NCBI GenBank assembly: GCA_016933575.1
Contig: JAFGAR010000101.1
Span: 96,001 to 160,000, forward strand
Source of the DNA: Candidatus Thorarchaeota archaeon
GTDB lineage: Archaea > Asgardarchaeota > Thorarchaeia > Thorarchaeales > Thorarchaeaceae
DNA: 64,000 bases
Direction of reading: 5' to 3'
The notes below the pieces were generated by a model, which saw only the letters and a program-made list of their open reading frames with translations, had not been told where the DNA came from and ran no database searches. A program made the position numbers and the translations under genes. Within the stretch, counting starts at the first letter, position 1. The number at the start of each line of letters is the position of its first letter. This document shows, piece by piece, positions 20,764-31,169 of the stretch.

Positions 20764-21987
20764 ATGAAGGAGTACAGCAAGATCTACTCGAAGATCCTTG
20801 ATGCGCGTGAAGTTTTGCGGGATATTAAGCACGTCACACGACTTGACCATTCATCAACTTTTAGCAAACTTAGTGGCGGAGATGTCTATCTCAAGCTAGA
20901 GAATTTGCAGAAAACAGGATCCTTCAAAGTACGTGGTGCTGCTTATGCTATGTCTCAATTAGCTGACGATGAGAAGAAAGCTGGCGTGGTTGCAGCCTCA
21001 GCTGGTAATCATGCTCAAGGGGTGGCTTATGCAGCAACTAGACTTGGTATCAAATCTACCATTGTAATGCCCATTTTTTCTCCGGTAGCTAAGATTCAAG
21101 CTACAGAGAGCTATGGTGCTAATGTAGTATTGCATGGTAATGCGTTTGATGATGCTCTTGCTCATGCTCGAGAGACTGCAGAAAAGACTGGTGCTACATT
21201 TTTGCATCCGTTTAATGATGAGGATGTAATTGCTGGTCAGGGTACAATTGGTCTGGAAATATTAGATGAATTGCCAGATGTAGATGTGATTGCTGTACCT
21301 GTAGGTGGTGGAGGTCTTGTATCTGGTATTTCTATCGCAGTAAAGGAACAAAACCCTAAGGTCGATATCTATGGAGTTGAAGCAGCATCTGCTGCTTCTA
21401 TGCAAGCGTCATTTGAAGCAGGACGTATTATCAATGTTGAAGGATTAGATACTATATGTGATGGTATTGCTGTGAAGCGTCCTGGAAAATTGACATACAA
21501 CATCGCGAAGAATCTACTATCAGGGATTGTGACAGTTGAAGAGCTTGAGGTGACTAGGACTTTATTCTTACTCCTCGAACGTGCGAAGATAGTCGTCGAA
21601 CCTGCAGGTTGTGTTGGTCTCGCAGCTTTTCAGCATCGGAAGATTGATGTCAAAGGGAAGACCGGTGTTGCAGTACTATCTGGTGGAAATATCGATATGT
21701 CATTTCTATCGAGAGTCGTTGAAAAGGAACTCTTTAGACTTGGTAGGTCTGTTAGGGTAAGAGGTTCAATTCTTGATAGAGTTGGAAGTATGAACAAAGT
21801 ACTGAGTGTTGTAGCAGAATCAGGAGTCAGTATCATTGAGATAAATCAAGATAGGTCTGATCCAGATATTCCTCCAAATCGAGCTGAACTTGAGATGATA
21901 CTTGAGGTTCCAGATGAAAATGCAGTGAAGAAGATGCTGCAACTCCTTACGGAGCATGGTATGAACTTTGAGAGATACGAAGACTGA
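20764..21987 (+). CDS. ilvA: Threonine ammonia-lyase with a C-terminal ACT domain
   Basis: KLENLQKTGSFKVRGA, SAGNHAQG, PVGGGGL, SGGNID, ACT domain. Confidence 0.93.
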   Translation: MKEYSKIYSKILDAREVLRDIKHVTRLDHSSTFSKLSGGDVYLKLENLQKTGSFKVRGAAYAMSQLADDEKKAGVVAASAGNHAQGVAYAATRLGIKSTIVMPIFSPVAKIQATESYGANVVLHGNAFDDALAHARETAEKTGATFLHPFNDEDVIAGQGTIGLEILDELPDVDVIAVPVGGGGLVSGISIAVKEQNPKVDIYGVEAASAASMQASFEAGRIINVEGLDTICDGIAVKRPGKLTYNIAKNLLSGIVTVEELEVTRTLFLLLERAKIVVEPAGCVGLAAFQHRKIDVKGKTGVAVLSGGNIDMSFLSRVVEKELFRLGRSVRVRGSILDRVGSMNKVLSVVAESGVSIIEINQDRSDPDIPPNRAELEMILEVPDENAVKKMLQLLTEHGMNFERYED

Positions 21988-22010
21988 AGAACGCAATCTC
22001 TAGTGCCCTC

Positions 22011-22035
22011 TGAATGGTACAAGAAGTACCATTCA
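22011..22035. terminator. Hairpin between convergent genes
   Basis: TGAATGGTAC-AAGAA-GTACCATTCA. Confidence 0.55.
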
Positions 22036-22056
22036 TGGGTGCATTTGTAAAATACT

Positions 22057-23811
22057 CTATATCAGTGGGAGGCTGGAAACTGCAACCAATGCAAACATGA
22101 ATGCACTGACGATAATTGCTGGCCATGTATTCTCAAATTTAAGAGCAGTCCAGATTGTCATTGCATTTGTTAGAATTGATACAATCAGGATCAATAGTAG
22201 TAGGAGACCCAGGAGTACCATCTTTCCAGCAATGAATCCGAGAGCAGTTGTTCCAAATACGACGAATACAGCAAGAAGACTCGCAACGGCCATCTTAGAA
22301 GCAAATGCAAAGATGACGGTCTTTATCTCTCCTCTTCCTCCACTCCATTCTCTCTTACTCAGAAGTAAACCTCGTATCCAAGCAGCATCTGCGACAAGAT
22401 AGGGTACTGCAATAAGAGCAACAATCACAGTGTTAATGCCGCGTACACTAACAGGCCACTTCACCAAGGCGATGAGTATCCATGGTTGCATTGCTTCTGG
22501 TAAGCCACACAAAGCTAGCCATGCAAGTAACCAGGATATGCCTATCAGAGCAATTAAGAGAGCCTTGAGAATATCATTCAGATGTTCTTTCCATGGTAGG
22601 TGTTGAATACCAACTGAAGCAAATGCTTTCTGAGTTTGCTCTTTGCCCATTGAAATTAACATTGTGAGAGTTATGCCAATAGCAGAGAGAGTATAGAAGA
22701 GAATCATTCCTGTAGCAAACATTGAATTTGGCCAAGCTAGACCGATATTCTCCAAGTGAAAACCCCCTGCAGAAGTAGCTGTGTAAATTGTGACCACTAC
22801 AGCTCCAAGGATTGAGCTTATTGCAAATGTCTTTTTGATTCCTAAAGGTTGCGTATCAACCTGTATTTTTCTTGGCTTTAATTTCTCAGGAAGATAGCTA
22901 TAGACCAATAACATAACGGGAAGGACTGAAACCAGAAGAAACAACGCTCCTGTAAAAGTAGCAATAGTCTTGTTGAAATAGATCTGGTCTGCAGGATCTA
23001 GAGTATATTCTAATTGTGCCTCACCCTGAATTCCTTGAATTAACCAAGATATCGACTCTTCGACAATGGTTCCATCAATAGCCTCAAAGACATGATCAGT
23101 CGGAGCTAGAGCTAGTCTATAAGCAGTCCCATTCACAAGAGACCCATATGTGATACCCGCCTCAGCAGTACTATTACCTGTTGCAGTACGAATCGCATGG
23201 AGGGCATCATCGACAGTTATCATCTCGTCGTATTCTCCAACAGCAATCAGTAGATTTCCTGGGAAATCGACATATGTTCCTAGACTCATCTGTCCTATGT
23301 CACCTACAGCTGCGTATGCCATTGGAGCTATTGGGAAATCTTTGAGTTGGATTGCTACGCGAAAACCAAGTGAATGCGATAAGACACCATAGCTCTCATT
23401 ATCTACATTAGCCCAATTCTGTTGAACATATCGAACAGCAGCATAGGCATCTTCAGCCATCGCTTGGAACTCTGTTATAATAAACGGAAGAACTGAATCT
23501 CCGTGACCCGCAAGATCTACTGATACTACGGTAAAATTACGACGGGCTAGTTCAATATTGAAAGCATACATCCCTTCTTTTGACCCAGCTAATCCATGAA
23601 GTGTAAGCACAATTGGCATTGGATCCAGAAGTTCACCAGTACGCGGTGTGTAGACTAGGAAATCAACAGGTCTTCCAGGAGCTCTTTCGATTCGCATTCT
23701 ATCAATCGTGAGCTCTCCCATTCCTCTATCTACCGTCCATGAAAGATAGTACGAGGACGCAATAAGGATAGACATGATGAAGATTGTAAAATACAGAGTC
23801 TGTCTTTTCAT
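22057..23811 (-). CDS. Alpha/beta hydrolase fused to a multi-TM C-terminal domain
   Basis: LHGL, VDLAGHGDS, SHSLG nucleophile, DEMI and DH triad candidates; about 8 TMs follow. Confidence 0.8.
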   Translation of the reverse strand: MKRQTLYFTIFIMSILIASSYYLSWTVDRGMGELTIDRMRIERAPGRPVDFLVYTPRTGELLDPMPIVLTLHGLAGSKEGMYAFNIELARRNFTVVSVDLAGHGDSVLPFIITEFQAMAEDAYAAVRYVQQNWANVDNESYGVLSHSLGFRVAIQLKDFPIAPMAYAAVGDIGQMSLGTYVDFPGNLLIAVGEYDEMITVDDALHAIRTATGNSTAEAGITYGSLVNGTAYRLALAPTDHVFEAIDGTIVEESISWLIQGIQGEAQLEYTLDPADQIYFNKTIATFTGALFLLVSVLPVMLLVYSYLPEKLKPRKIQVDTQPLGIKKTFAISSILGAVVVTIYTATSAGGFHLENIGLAWPNSMFATGMILFYTLSAIGITLTMLISMGKEQTQKAFASVGIQHLPWKEHLNDILKALLIALIGISWLLAWLALCGLPEAMQPWILIALVKWPVSVRGINTVIVALIAVPYLVADAAWIRGLLLSKREWSGGRGEIKTVIFAFASKMAVASLLAVFVVFGTTALGFIAGKMVLLGLLLLLILIVSILTNAMTIWTALKFENTWPAIIVSAFMFALVAVSSLPLI

Positions 23812-23924
23812 TAGATACACCGCTTGAATAATAGAACTCGTCCGTTCTTTTGACATAAAGGTGACGATTTGACGAAAAGAAGAATATGGAGCTACCTGCA
23901 AAGGTGCTCCCCACTTTTCTAATT

Positions 23925-24878
23925 TCAGTACTTTGTACCCAATTTCTTCGAAAGTTTATCCAACATCTCTTTGGTCATAGCCGCAAGATCATAATCTGGT
24001 TTCCAGCCCCATTCTTCTCTTGCAGCACTATCATCAATAGAAGCAGGCCAAGACTCTGCAATGGCTTGTCTGAAGTCTGGTTCATAACTAATCTCAAACC
24101 CGGGTATGTGCTTCTTGATTTCCGCAGCAATCTCTTCTGGTGCAAAACTCATCGCTGTGATGTTGAAACTACGGTGTTTCAGTTTCTTTGCGTCTGCTTC
24201 CATTAGATCAATAGTGCACTTAATACAATCATCCATATACATCATCGGAAGGTAAGTTCCTTTGCTAAGGAATGAGATGTATTTCTTATTCTTCAGAGCC
24301 TCGTAGAAGATTTCTACTGCATAGTCTGTAGTGCCTCCACCAGGAAGTGCTTCAGAACTGATAATACCCGGATACCTCAGAGAACGAAAATCTACACCAT
24401 AGCGCTTTGTGTAGTATTCGCCCCATAATTCAATGAACACCTTAGTCACGCCATAGGCACTAGTAGGACGCATTATCACATCATTCGGTGTGTTTTGTCT
24501 TGGGGTACTTGGACCGAAGGCAGCGATAGAGCTTGGTATCATAACTTGTTCCAGCTCAAGAATTCTTGCTGCTTCAAGAATATTGTAAGCTCCTTGAACA
24601 TTAGTACTGAATGCAAGTTGTGGGTTCTTCTCACCAACACCAGAAAGAACAGAAGCATTGTGTATAATGATATTGATGTCATTGTCAACAAGCATCGAAT
24701 GAATTTGATTTTCATCAAGAATGTCAAGATGGAGGTATGGTCCATCTTCAGTCAATATCTTTGGCGGTTTCTTTCTTCCAGTAGCAATTACGTTATCTCC
24801 GCCATATTTTGTCCTGAGAGCTCCAACTAACTCAGTGCCAATTTGTCCATAGGATCCTGTTACTAAGATACGTTTCAT
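23925..24878 (-). CDS. tdh: L-threonine 3-dehydrogenase, SDR type
   Basis: TGSYGQIG, PSSIAAFG, YGVTK, SLRYPG, PGGGTTDYA, LPMMY..DC, RQAIAESWP. Confidence 0.9.
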   Translation of the reverse strand: MKRILVTGSYGQIGTELVGALRTKYGGDNVIATGRKKPPKILTEDGPYLHLDILDENQIHSMLVDNDINIIIHNASVLSGVGEKNPQLAFSTNVQGAYNILEAARILELEQVMIPSSIAAFGPSTPRQNTPNDVIMRPTSAYGVTKVFIELWGEYYTKRYGVDFRSLRYPGIISSEALPGGGTTDYAVEIFYEALKNKKYISFLSKGTYLPMMYMDDCIKCTIDLMEADAKKLKHRSFNITAMSFAPEEIAAEIKKHIPGFEISYEPDFRQAIAESWPASIDDSAAREEWGWKPDYDLAAMTKEMLDKLSKKLGTKY

Positions 24879-24885
24879 ATTTCCT

Positions 24886-24913
24886 CAGTCCAAGAAGCTC
24901 ATTTCTTGGACTG
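24886..24913. promoter_or_regulatory. Palindrome abutting the tdh RBS
   Basis: CAGTCCAAGAA-N6-TTCTTGGACTG between a TTTAAA box (about 24933-24938) and GAGG/ATG. Confidence 0.5.
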
Positions 24914-25024
24914 CAAGCCACAATTGCCCCGTTTTAAAGCTTGACCTTCAAACAGAATTGTGAACTATTCGTTCTATGATTAGAATGATAATCAACAATT
25001 TCCACTACTGGATATGGTTTGAGG

Positions 25025-25669
25025 ATGGAGTATCATTTGAATTTCAAATGGATTGGTATTATTGCGTCTATCATATTCGTGATCATATTTCCTCTATCGA
25101 TAGTCACTTTTCCAATTCTTCCCATAATTGCGATTGGCAAGTTGTGGTTATATCCAACTTTGATTGTTCCTCTAATTGTTTGTATATTCCTCTGGTTGAT
25201 AATGGATAATAAGTACAAGTTCTCTCTACTAATACTCTTCATATCGCTGTACTTTTCTGGTCTATTTTGGATTCCACGACCCGAAATCAGCATCGATTTC
25301 TTCTTTCTAACATATGGTATGAGTGGAGTGGAGTTAATAGCATTGACCTTCTGGTTCGGATATGGTACTACGATGGTATTTGCTGAAGTGCTGACTCTAG
25401 CAGTTTTTGCCATTCTCTCAATCATTACAGCTGAGATTATAGCCCTGTTTTTAAAAGGAAGATTGAATGAAGAAATTTCTGTTGGTATTCTTCTAATCAT
25501 TATTGTACTTTGGAGTATTATTCCTATCACTTTGCTTCAGGATCATCCCTTCATTGGTCATATTACTCCCCTTCCACTAGGATCTTTTCTTTCTCTTAAT
25601 GCAATTCTTTTCCGTAAAAATTGGATTTCTGATACAAGAGATGAAGAGCCTGACAAGATTGTCGATTAG
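25025..25669 (+). CDS. Hypothetical multi-pass membrane protein
   Basis: Highly hydrophobic 214-aa ORF with about 6 TMs. Confidence 0.65.
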   Translation: MEYHLNFKWIGIIASIIFVIIFPLSIVTFPILPIIAIGKLWLYPTLIVPLIVCIFLWLIMDNKYKFSLLILFISLYFSGLFWIPRPEISIDFFFLTYGMSGVELIALTFWFGYGTTMVFAEVLTLAVFAILSIITAEIIALFLKGRLNEEISVGILLIIIVLWSIIPITLLQDHPFIGHITPLPLGSFLSLNAILFRKNWISDTRDEEPDKIVD

Positions 25670-25802
25670 AAAGGGTCTGTTGCTCCGAAGTTGTCATTTT
25701 ATTTCTTTTTCTGCCTCCTCTTAATTTTCTTATGTTCTAAAATTAGATTGATATCAAAATGACGCATAACATATTATAGATACCTGAGGGGCTTTGTAAG
25801 GT

Positions 25803-27872
25803 ATGAATTGGAAGACTGGTCACACACTCATTTTGTTTCTACTTTTAGCCCCGTGTATTGGTTCGTCGTTCATCGATCCTTCTTCTAATTCATTTACGAA
25901 CAACATTGAAACCATGCCTAATGACACAATGTGTACCTCTGATGAGAATGGATTCTCCTTGACATGGACATCACGCTGGGAGCCAATTCCACAACCGGTG
26001 ACTAACAACTCAATAACAGTTGGAGATCATATTGTATTGAATGCATCATTTCCAGGTGGTCCAAGTGATCCCACCATAGTAAACTGTAGCATTGAACTAA
26101 CAAATGGGTATACATACTCAAACACAAGCCCTCTCGTCATTCCTCAAGGTGATCCTGCAGACCAGTTTCTCACTTATATCACGAAATCAGAATGGGATTG
26201 GGTATACCTTGAAGGAATCCAGAAGGGGTGGTGTGTAAATATCACGTTAGATTTTACAAATACTGATAGTGATGTCATGGCATTCTGGAACAACACTATC
26301 AACTTCATCTCTACAGGAGATTTATTAGGACTACAAATGGCGAGTGCAAACAAACCCGAAAGAGGATCTTTTGTTGCAAATAGGGAAGGAACACTTGCAA
26401 TAGGTATTCTAGATTTTGATAGTGCAGTCGGAAATTACACAATCGAAGTAGAAGTGGGTAATCAGGCGTTTGCAAGTAATAACGGTTCAGAGGTAATCTT
26501 AGATACATACTATGCATTCAAATCAAATGAAACCTTGAATGGCATTATAACTGGATTTACGGATACAAACGACACAACACTACATCATTTGTATAACTTC
26601 ACAATCTGCAATTTTTTCTCTCCAGTACTGTCATTATACCACATCTATGACCTAGGTGATGATGATTACAACATACTCTGGAACTGCTCAGACTCGAATA
26701 TGGATGACATTAATCTTTACTCAATTTATCTTAGCAATGATGGTGCATACACTTTTCAACTATTAGCCAACAATTTGAGTTCTGCATCATATATTTGGGA
26801 TTCAACAGGTTGGTTGTATACAACCTATTATTTTCGAATTCGTGCCTATAGTGTTGACCCGACCTATTACACTACTCCACATTTGCTTACTATTGATACA
26901 TACTGGCCAGGTGATTATACTGATCTGTTGGTTGGTCCCTATTACGGAGGTAGTACTAACATAGATCCTCCTCCTGTTGATATCATAAAGAACGTATTTC
27001 TTTTGTCTCCAGAAGATACAAGCCTCGAAGAGGCTTCAGCAGATTGTTTCATCAGGTGGGACCTAATATTTTCTAATGGCCAAAACTTTCCTGCTGGTTT
27101 TTCTTACACGATTACATGTGATGGTATAGAAGCAGTAGTTGGATACTGGTCATATGGGTCTGTCAATTCGATTACATTTGATGCAAGCGAATTATCACCT
27201 GGTGTGCATAGCATTACTCTTAGCTACACGAATCCGGGAGATGCTGGTGGATTCTATTCAGACACTGTAATGGTCACGATTATACCAAGAAGAGGAACGC
27301 TTGTCTATTTTGATATTATGACTTTGTCTGTAATTGTCCCAATCTTTGCATTAGCTGTAGTTTCGTATACTATTATTAAACATAATAGGATACAAGTAAT
27401 TGATGATGCAATGATAAAGGAAATTACTGTGCCTGCTTGTCTATCAGAAGTCTGGAATGCTTGGACAACTACTGAAGGTGCAAAGACTTTCTTCGCACCT
27501 GAAACAAATATAGAACCTTGGGCCGGTGGCTACTATGAGATCTTCTTTAATCCCGATAGTCTCCCCGGAGAACGCGGCGCTGAAGGCCTTCATATTCTTG
27601 AATTCGAACCAGAATATCTGCTTTCATTCGAGTGGAATAATCCACCTTCAATCCCAGCAATTCGAAATGAGAAAACTAAGGTTGTCATCAAGTTCGAAAG
27701 GTCGGGTCCTGACTCAACCACCATCAGACTTGAACATTCAGGATGGAAGACTGGACCAAACTGGGAGAAAGCTTACCAGTATTTTGTAAAAGCATGGGAT
27801 ATTGTGCTTGGCCGTCTCGAGAAGCGATTCATTGAAGGACCAATTGATTGGAATGCTCTGAATCGGGAATAG
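25803..27872 (+). CDS. Surface protein (beta-sandwich domains) + TM + C-terminal SRPBCC/AHSA1 domain
   Basis: Signal peptide, FN3-like YYFRIRAY segment, TM near 27315-27375, then VWNAWTT.EG..FF, LSFEWNNPP, LEHSGW. Confidence 0.75.
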   Translation: MNWKTGHTLILFLLLAPCIGSSFIDPSSNSFTNNIETMPNDTMCTSDENGFSLTWTSRWEPIPQPVTNNSITVGDHIVLNASFPGGPSDPTIVNCSIELTNGYTYSNTSPLVIPQGDPADQFLTYITKSEWDWVYLEGIQKGWCVNITLDFTNTDSDVMAFWNNTINFISTGDLLGLQMASANKPERGSFVANREGTLAIGILDFDSAVGNYTIEVEVGNQAFASNNGSEVILDTYYAFKSNETLNGIITGFTDTNDTTLHHLYNFTICNFFSPVLSLYHIYDLGDDDYNILWNCSDSNMDDINLYSIYLSNDGAYTFQLLANNLSSASYIWDSTGWLYTTYYFRIRAYSVDPTYYTTPHLLTIDTYWPGDYTDLLVGPYYGGSTNIDPPPVDIIKNVFLLSPEDTSLEEASADCFIRWDLIFSNGQNFPAGFSYTITCDGIEAVVGYWSYGSVNSITFDASELSPGVHSITLSYTNPGDAGGFYSDTVMVTIIPRRGTLVYFDIMTLSVIVPIFALAVVSYTIIKHNRIQVIDDAMIKEITVPACLSEVWNAWTTTEGAKTFFAPETNIEPWAGGYYEIFFNPDSLPGERGAEGLHILEFEPEYLLSFEWNNPPSIPAIRNEKTKVVIKFERSGPDSTTIRLEHSGWKTGPNWEKAYQYFVKAWDIVLGRLEKRFIEGPIDWNALNRE

Positions 27873-28130
27873 CATTTGTTATGCATGAGATGCTTTGTTA
27901 ACATTCGTTGTACCCTGTCAACAAGTTTCATAGGGAAAATTGAGGATTCTATAATTTAGGTTTTGGGGCCATACTACTTGAGATGAGAACTCAGTGCTCT
28001 ACTTTTGAAACTTGTTCTGACTCCTAACAATCGTATCTTGGTTCCTTATTTGATAAACAAGAATATACTGATTGAGAAGTGGTCTACATGCCAAATCATC
28101 ATCACGCTGGACAGGCGACAAAGAGAATGA

Positions 28131-28166
28131 CAAGGGTACTCCTAGCAATAACCTAGGAGTACCTTG
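28131..28166 (-). terminator. Hairpin terminator of ppdK
   Basis: GGTACTCCTAG/CTAGGAGTACC directly after the stop. Confidence 0.65.
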
Positions 28167-28170
28167 TTGA

Positions 28171-30897
28171 TTATTTAGAGTACTTTTCTTTTATCGCAGC
28201 TTGAGCAGCAGCCAGTCGAGCAATTGGTAATCGATAGGGTGAACATGAGACATAATCAAGCCCTATCTCGTGGAAGAATTCTACGGATCTTGGGTCTCCG
28301 CCATGCTCACCACAGACACCCAGTTTGATATCTGGTCTGGTCTTTCTACCCCTCTCGATGGCAATCTCCATGAGTTGACCTACACCACGTTTGTCAATGC
28401 TGACAAAGGGATCATTTCTTAGAATGTGGAGATCTAAGTAGTCTGGAAGGAATGAATCGATGTCATCTCTACTGAAACCAAATGACATCTGTGAGAGGTC
28501 GTTTGTTCCAAAGGAGAAGAACTGAGCAGACTGAGCCATATCACCAGCACGCATGCACGCACGTGGGATCTCGATCATGGTTCCATACATATATGGAATA
28601 TCAGCTCCTACCTCATTCTTGACTTCATCATAGACCTTCTCGACAATGAGTTGCATTGTCTTTAGCTCTGCAGCACCAATAGTCACAGGAATCATGATCT
28701 CTAGATGGACCTCCTTCCCCTCTTTGAGGAGTTCAGCTCCAGCCTCGAGGATTGCACGAACCTGCATTTCGTAGATCTCAGGATAGGTGATTCCAAGACG
28801 TACGCCACGATGACCCATCATAGGGTTATTTTCGTGGATTTGTTCTCCACGCTTGTGAACATCCTCCGCACTGATACCAAGAGCAACAGCTAGTTTCTCC
28901 TGTCCAAACTTGCTCTGCGGAACGAATTCATGGAGTGGTGGATCCAGTAATCTGATGGTCACAGGGTGTCCGTCCATTACCCTAAGGGTAGCCTTGATGT
29001 CCTGTTTGACATAGGGGGCAAGTTCTTTGAGGGCATGAAGCCGCTCAGCTCGAGTATTACTAAGGATCATCTTTCGTAAGAGGAAAAGCGGTTCATCCGA
29101 ACCTTCTCCATAGAACATATGTTCAGTTCTGAAGAGCCCTATCCCTTCAGCTCCGAAGGCTAACGCAACCTTAGCATCTTCTGGTGTGTCTGCATTTGCT
29201 CGTACGCCAAGTCTCCGATATTTATCAATGAGTCCCATGAACTCTTTAAGCCGCGGATTCTCAGTAGCTTCAATCATTGGAAGTTCACCCGAGTAAACCA
29301 GACCTTGAGTACCATTTAGTGTGAGATAATCGCCTTCCTTGTATAATTGTCCGTCAATGGTCACTGTCTTTTCGTAGGTGTTGATATCAAGACCTGATGC
29401 ACCAACAATACAACATTTGCCCCAACCACGTGTGACCAGAGCTGCATGACTTGTCATTCCACCACGAGCTGTCAGGACTGCATTTGCAGCACGCATACCC
29501 TCAATATCTTCAGGTGAGGTCTCTTCACGGATCAATACGATATGCTTCCCTTTCCTATTCCATTCCACAGCGGCTTCCGAGGTAAATACAATCTGACCTA
29601 CTGCCCCACCGGGTCCAGCAGGAAGCCCTCTGGCGATAGGGGTTGCTTTAGCTTCTGCTTCTGGATCTAGGATCGGGTAGAGAAGCTGTCCAAGTTGTTC
29701 AGGAGCTACTCTAAGGATAGCTGTTGGTTCATCAATGAATTTAGTATGAAGCATGTCCATAGCAATATTGAGTGCAGCTGTAGCTGTTCTCTTACCTACA
29801 CGATGTTGGACCAAGAATAGCTTGTTCTCTTGAATGGTGAACTCGAGGTCGATCATATCCTTTGTATCCTTCTCAAGAGTATCCCTGATTGCTACAAGTT
29901 GATTGTACATCTCAGGCATTACTTCTTCGAGAGTTGGAAGGTCTTTGCTCTGGTCGTTCTTGCTCTCTTCATTCATGGCATTCGGAGTACGCGTACCTGC
30001 TACAACATCCTCTCCCTGCGCGTTGATTAGAAACTCACCATAGAACTTGTTTTCGCCAGTTGCAGGATTTCTTGAAAATGCTACTCCAGTAGCGCTATGA
30101 TCACCCATATTGCCAAAGACCATAGCTTGCACTGTACACGCTGTGCCCCACTCATCAGGTATGTTTTCAATGCGACGATAGGCGACAGCTCTTGCACCAC
30201 CCCATGATTTGAAGACGGCACCAACTGCTCCCCAAAGTTGTTCGTAGGGTTCGTCAGGAAATTCTTTGCCAAGAGTCTTCTTTACTGCATCTTTGAATTC
30301 CTTGCAGAGTTCCTTTAGTTGTGCTACGTTCAGACAGGTATCCGTTAGACAGCCTGCCTTCTTCTTCTTTGCTTCAAGTAGGCGTTCCATCTGCTGTCTG
30401 ATACCATGTCCTTCTTCTGGTTCAATTCCTGCGGCTTTTTCCATGACCACATCGCTATACATCATGATTAGTCTTCTGTAGGAGTCATAGACGAATCTCT
30501 CATTCTTTGTAGTTTCAATCAAGCCTGGAATTGTTGATGTTGTAAGGCCTACGTTCAGGACTGTTTCCATCATCCCCGGCATACTCTGGCGAGCGCCTGA
30601 TCTTGCTGAAACTAGTAATGGATTCTTTGAGTCCCCAAATTTCATGCCCATAGTCTTCTCAACAAATGAGAGGGCTTCTTTAATTTCAGCCTTAATTTTG
30701 TCACTTAACCCGCCTGTTTTTAAGTACAGATTACAAACCTCTGTGGAAATCGTGAAACCAGGTGGTACTGGCAATCCAAGAAGTGTTGCACCAGCTAATG
30801 AGGCACCTTTTCCTCCAAGAAGATTCTTCATACTTCCAGTCCCATCAGCTGTTTTAGCTCCAAATCTGAATACGTGCTTATCTTCACTCTTTGTCAT
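28171..30897 (-). CDS. ppdK: Pyruvate, phosphate dikinase
   Basis: LLGGKGA, PVPPGF, SMPGMMET, GGMTSHAA (phospho-His), GIGLFRTEHMF, SFGTNDL, CGEHGG. Confidence 0.97.
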   Translation of the reverse strand: MTKSEDKHVFRFGAKTADGTGSMKNLLGGKGASLAGATLLGLPVPPGFTISTEVCNLYLKTGGLSDKIKAEIKEALSFVEKTMGMKFGDSKNPLLVSARSGARQSMPGMMETVLNVGLTTSTIPGLIETTKNERFVYDSYRRLIMMYSDVVMEKAAGIEPEEGHGIRQQMERLLEAKKKKAGCLTDTCLNVAQLKELCKEFKDAVKKTLGKEFPDEPYEQLWGAVGAVFKSWGGARAVAYRRIENIPDEWGTACTVQAMVFGNMGDHSATGVAFSRNPATGENKFYGEFLINAQGEDVVAGTRTPNAMNEESKNDQSKDLPTLEEVMPEMYNQLVAIRDTLEKDTKDMIDLEFTIQENKLFLVQHRVGKRTATAALNIAMDMLHTKFIDEPTAILRVAPEQLGQLLYPILDPEAEAKATPIARGLPAGPGGAVGQIVFTSEAAVEWNRKGKHIVLIREETSPEDIEGMRAANAVLTARGGMTSHAALVTRGWGKCCIVGASGLDINTYEKTVTIDGQLYKEGDYLTLNGTQGLVYSGELPMIEATENPRLKEFMGLIDKYRRLGVRANADTPEDAKVALAFGAEGIGLFRTEHMFYGEGSDEPLFLLRKMILSNTRAERLHALKELAPYVKQDIKATLRVMDGHPVTIRLLDPPLHEFVPQSKFGQEKLAVALGISAEDVHKRGEQIHENNPMMGHRGVRLGITYPEIYEMQVRAILEAGAELLKEGKEVHLEIMIPVTIGAAELKTMQLIVEKVYDEVKNEVGADIPYMYGTMIEIPRACMRAGDMAQSAQFFSFGTNDLSQMSFGFSRDDIDSFLPDYLDLHILRNDPFVSIDKRGVGQLMEIAIERGRKTRPDIKLGVCGEHGGDPRSVEFFHEIGLDYVSCSPYRLPIARLAAAQAAIKEKYSK

Positions 30898-30971
30898 ATG
30901 ATGTCAACTCACCTTGCTGACATTCGTGTAAAGTCTATTTCAATATCCGACGTCTCGGATTAACTCATTCG

Positions 30972-31032
30972 AATGATTTGCAATAGTTATTGTGCAGGGG
31001 CTCTAGAACCACTGCGATTATTGTAAATCATT
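30972..31032. promoter_or_regulatory. 61-bp imperfect palindrome in the ppdK / PLP-enzyme divergent promoter region
   Basis: AATGATTTGCAATAGT...ATTATTGTAAATCATT arms around GCAG..TCTAGA..CTGC. Confidence 0.5.
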
Positions 31033-31169
31033 AGTAACTTCCTTTATAATCTGTCTATAGTGGCGGTATTTTTTGAACTGATGGTTATGCCGAAAGCCTT
31101 TTCCCGAAACTCACTGCCTTTTGCAAAGCAACTCAATGAGTAGTGCACATACTGCAAGAGGACTATATC

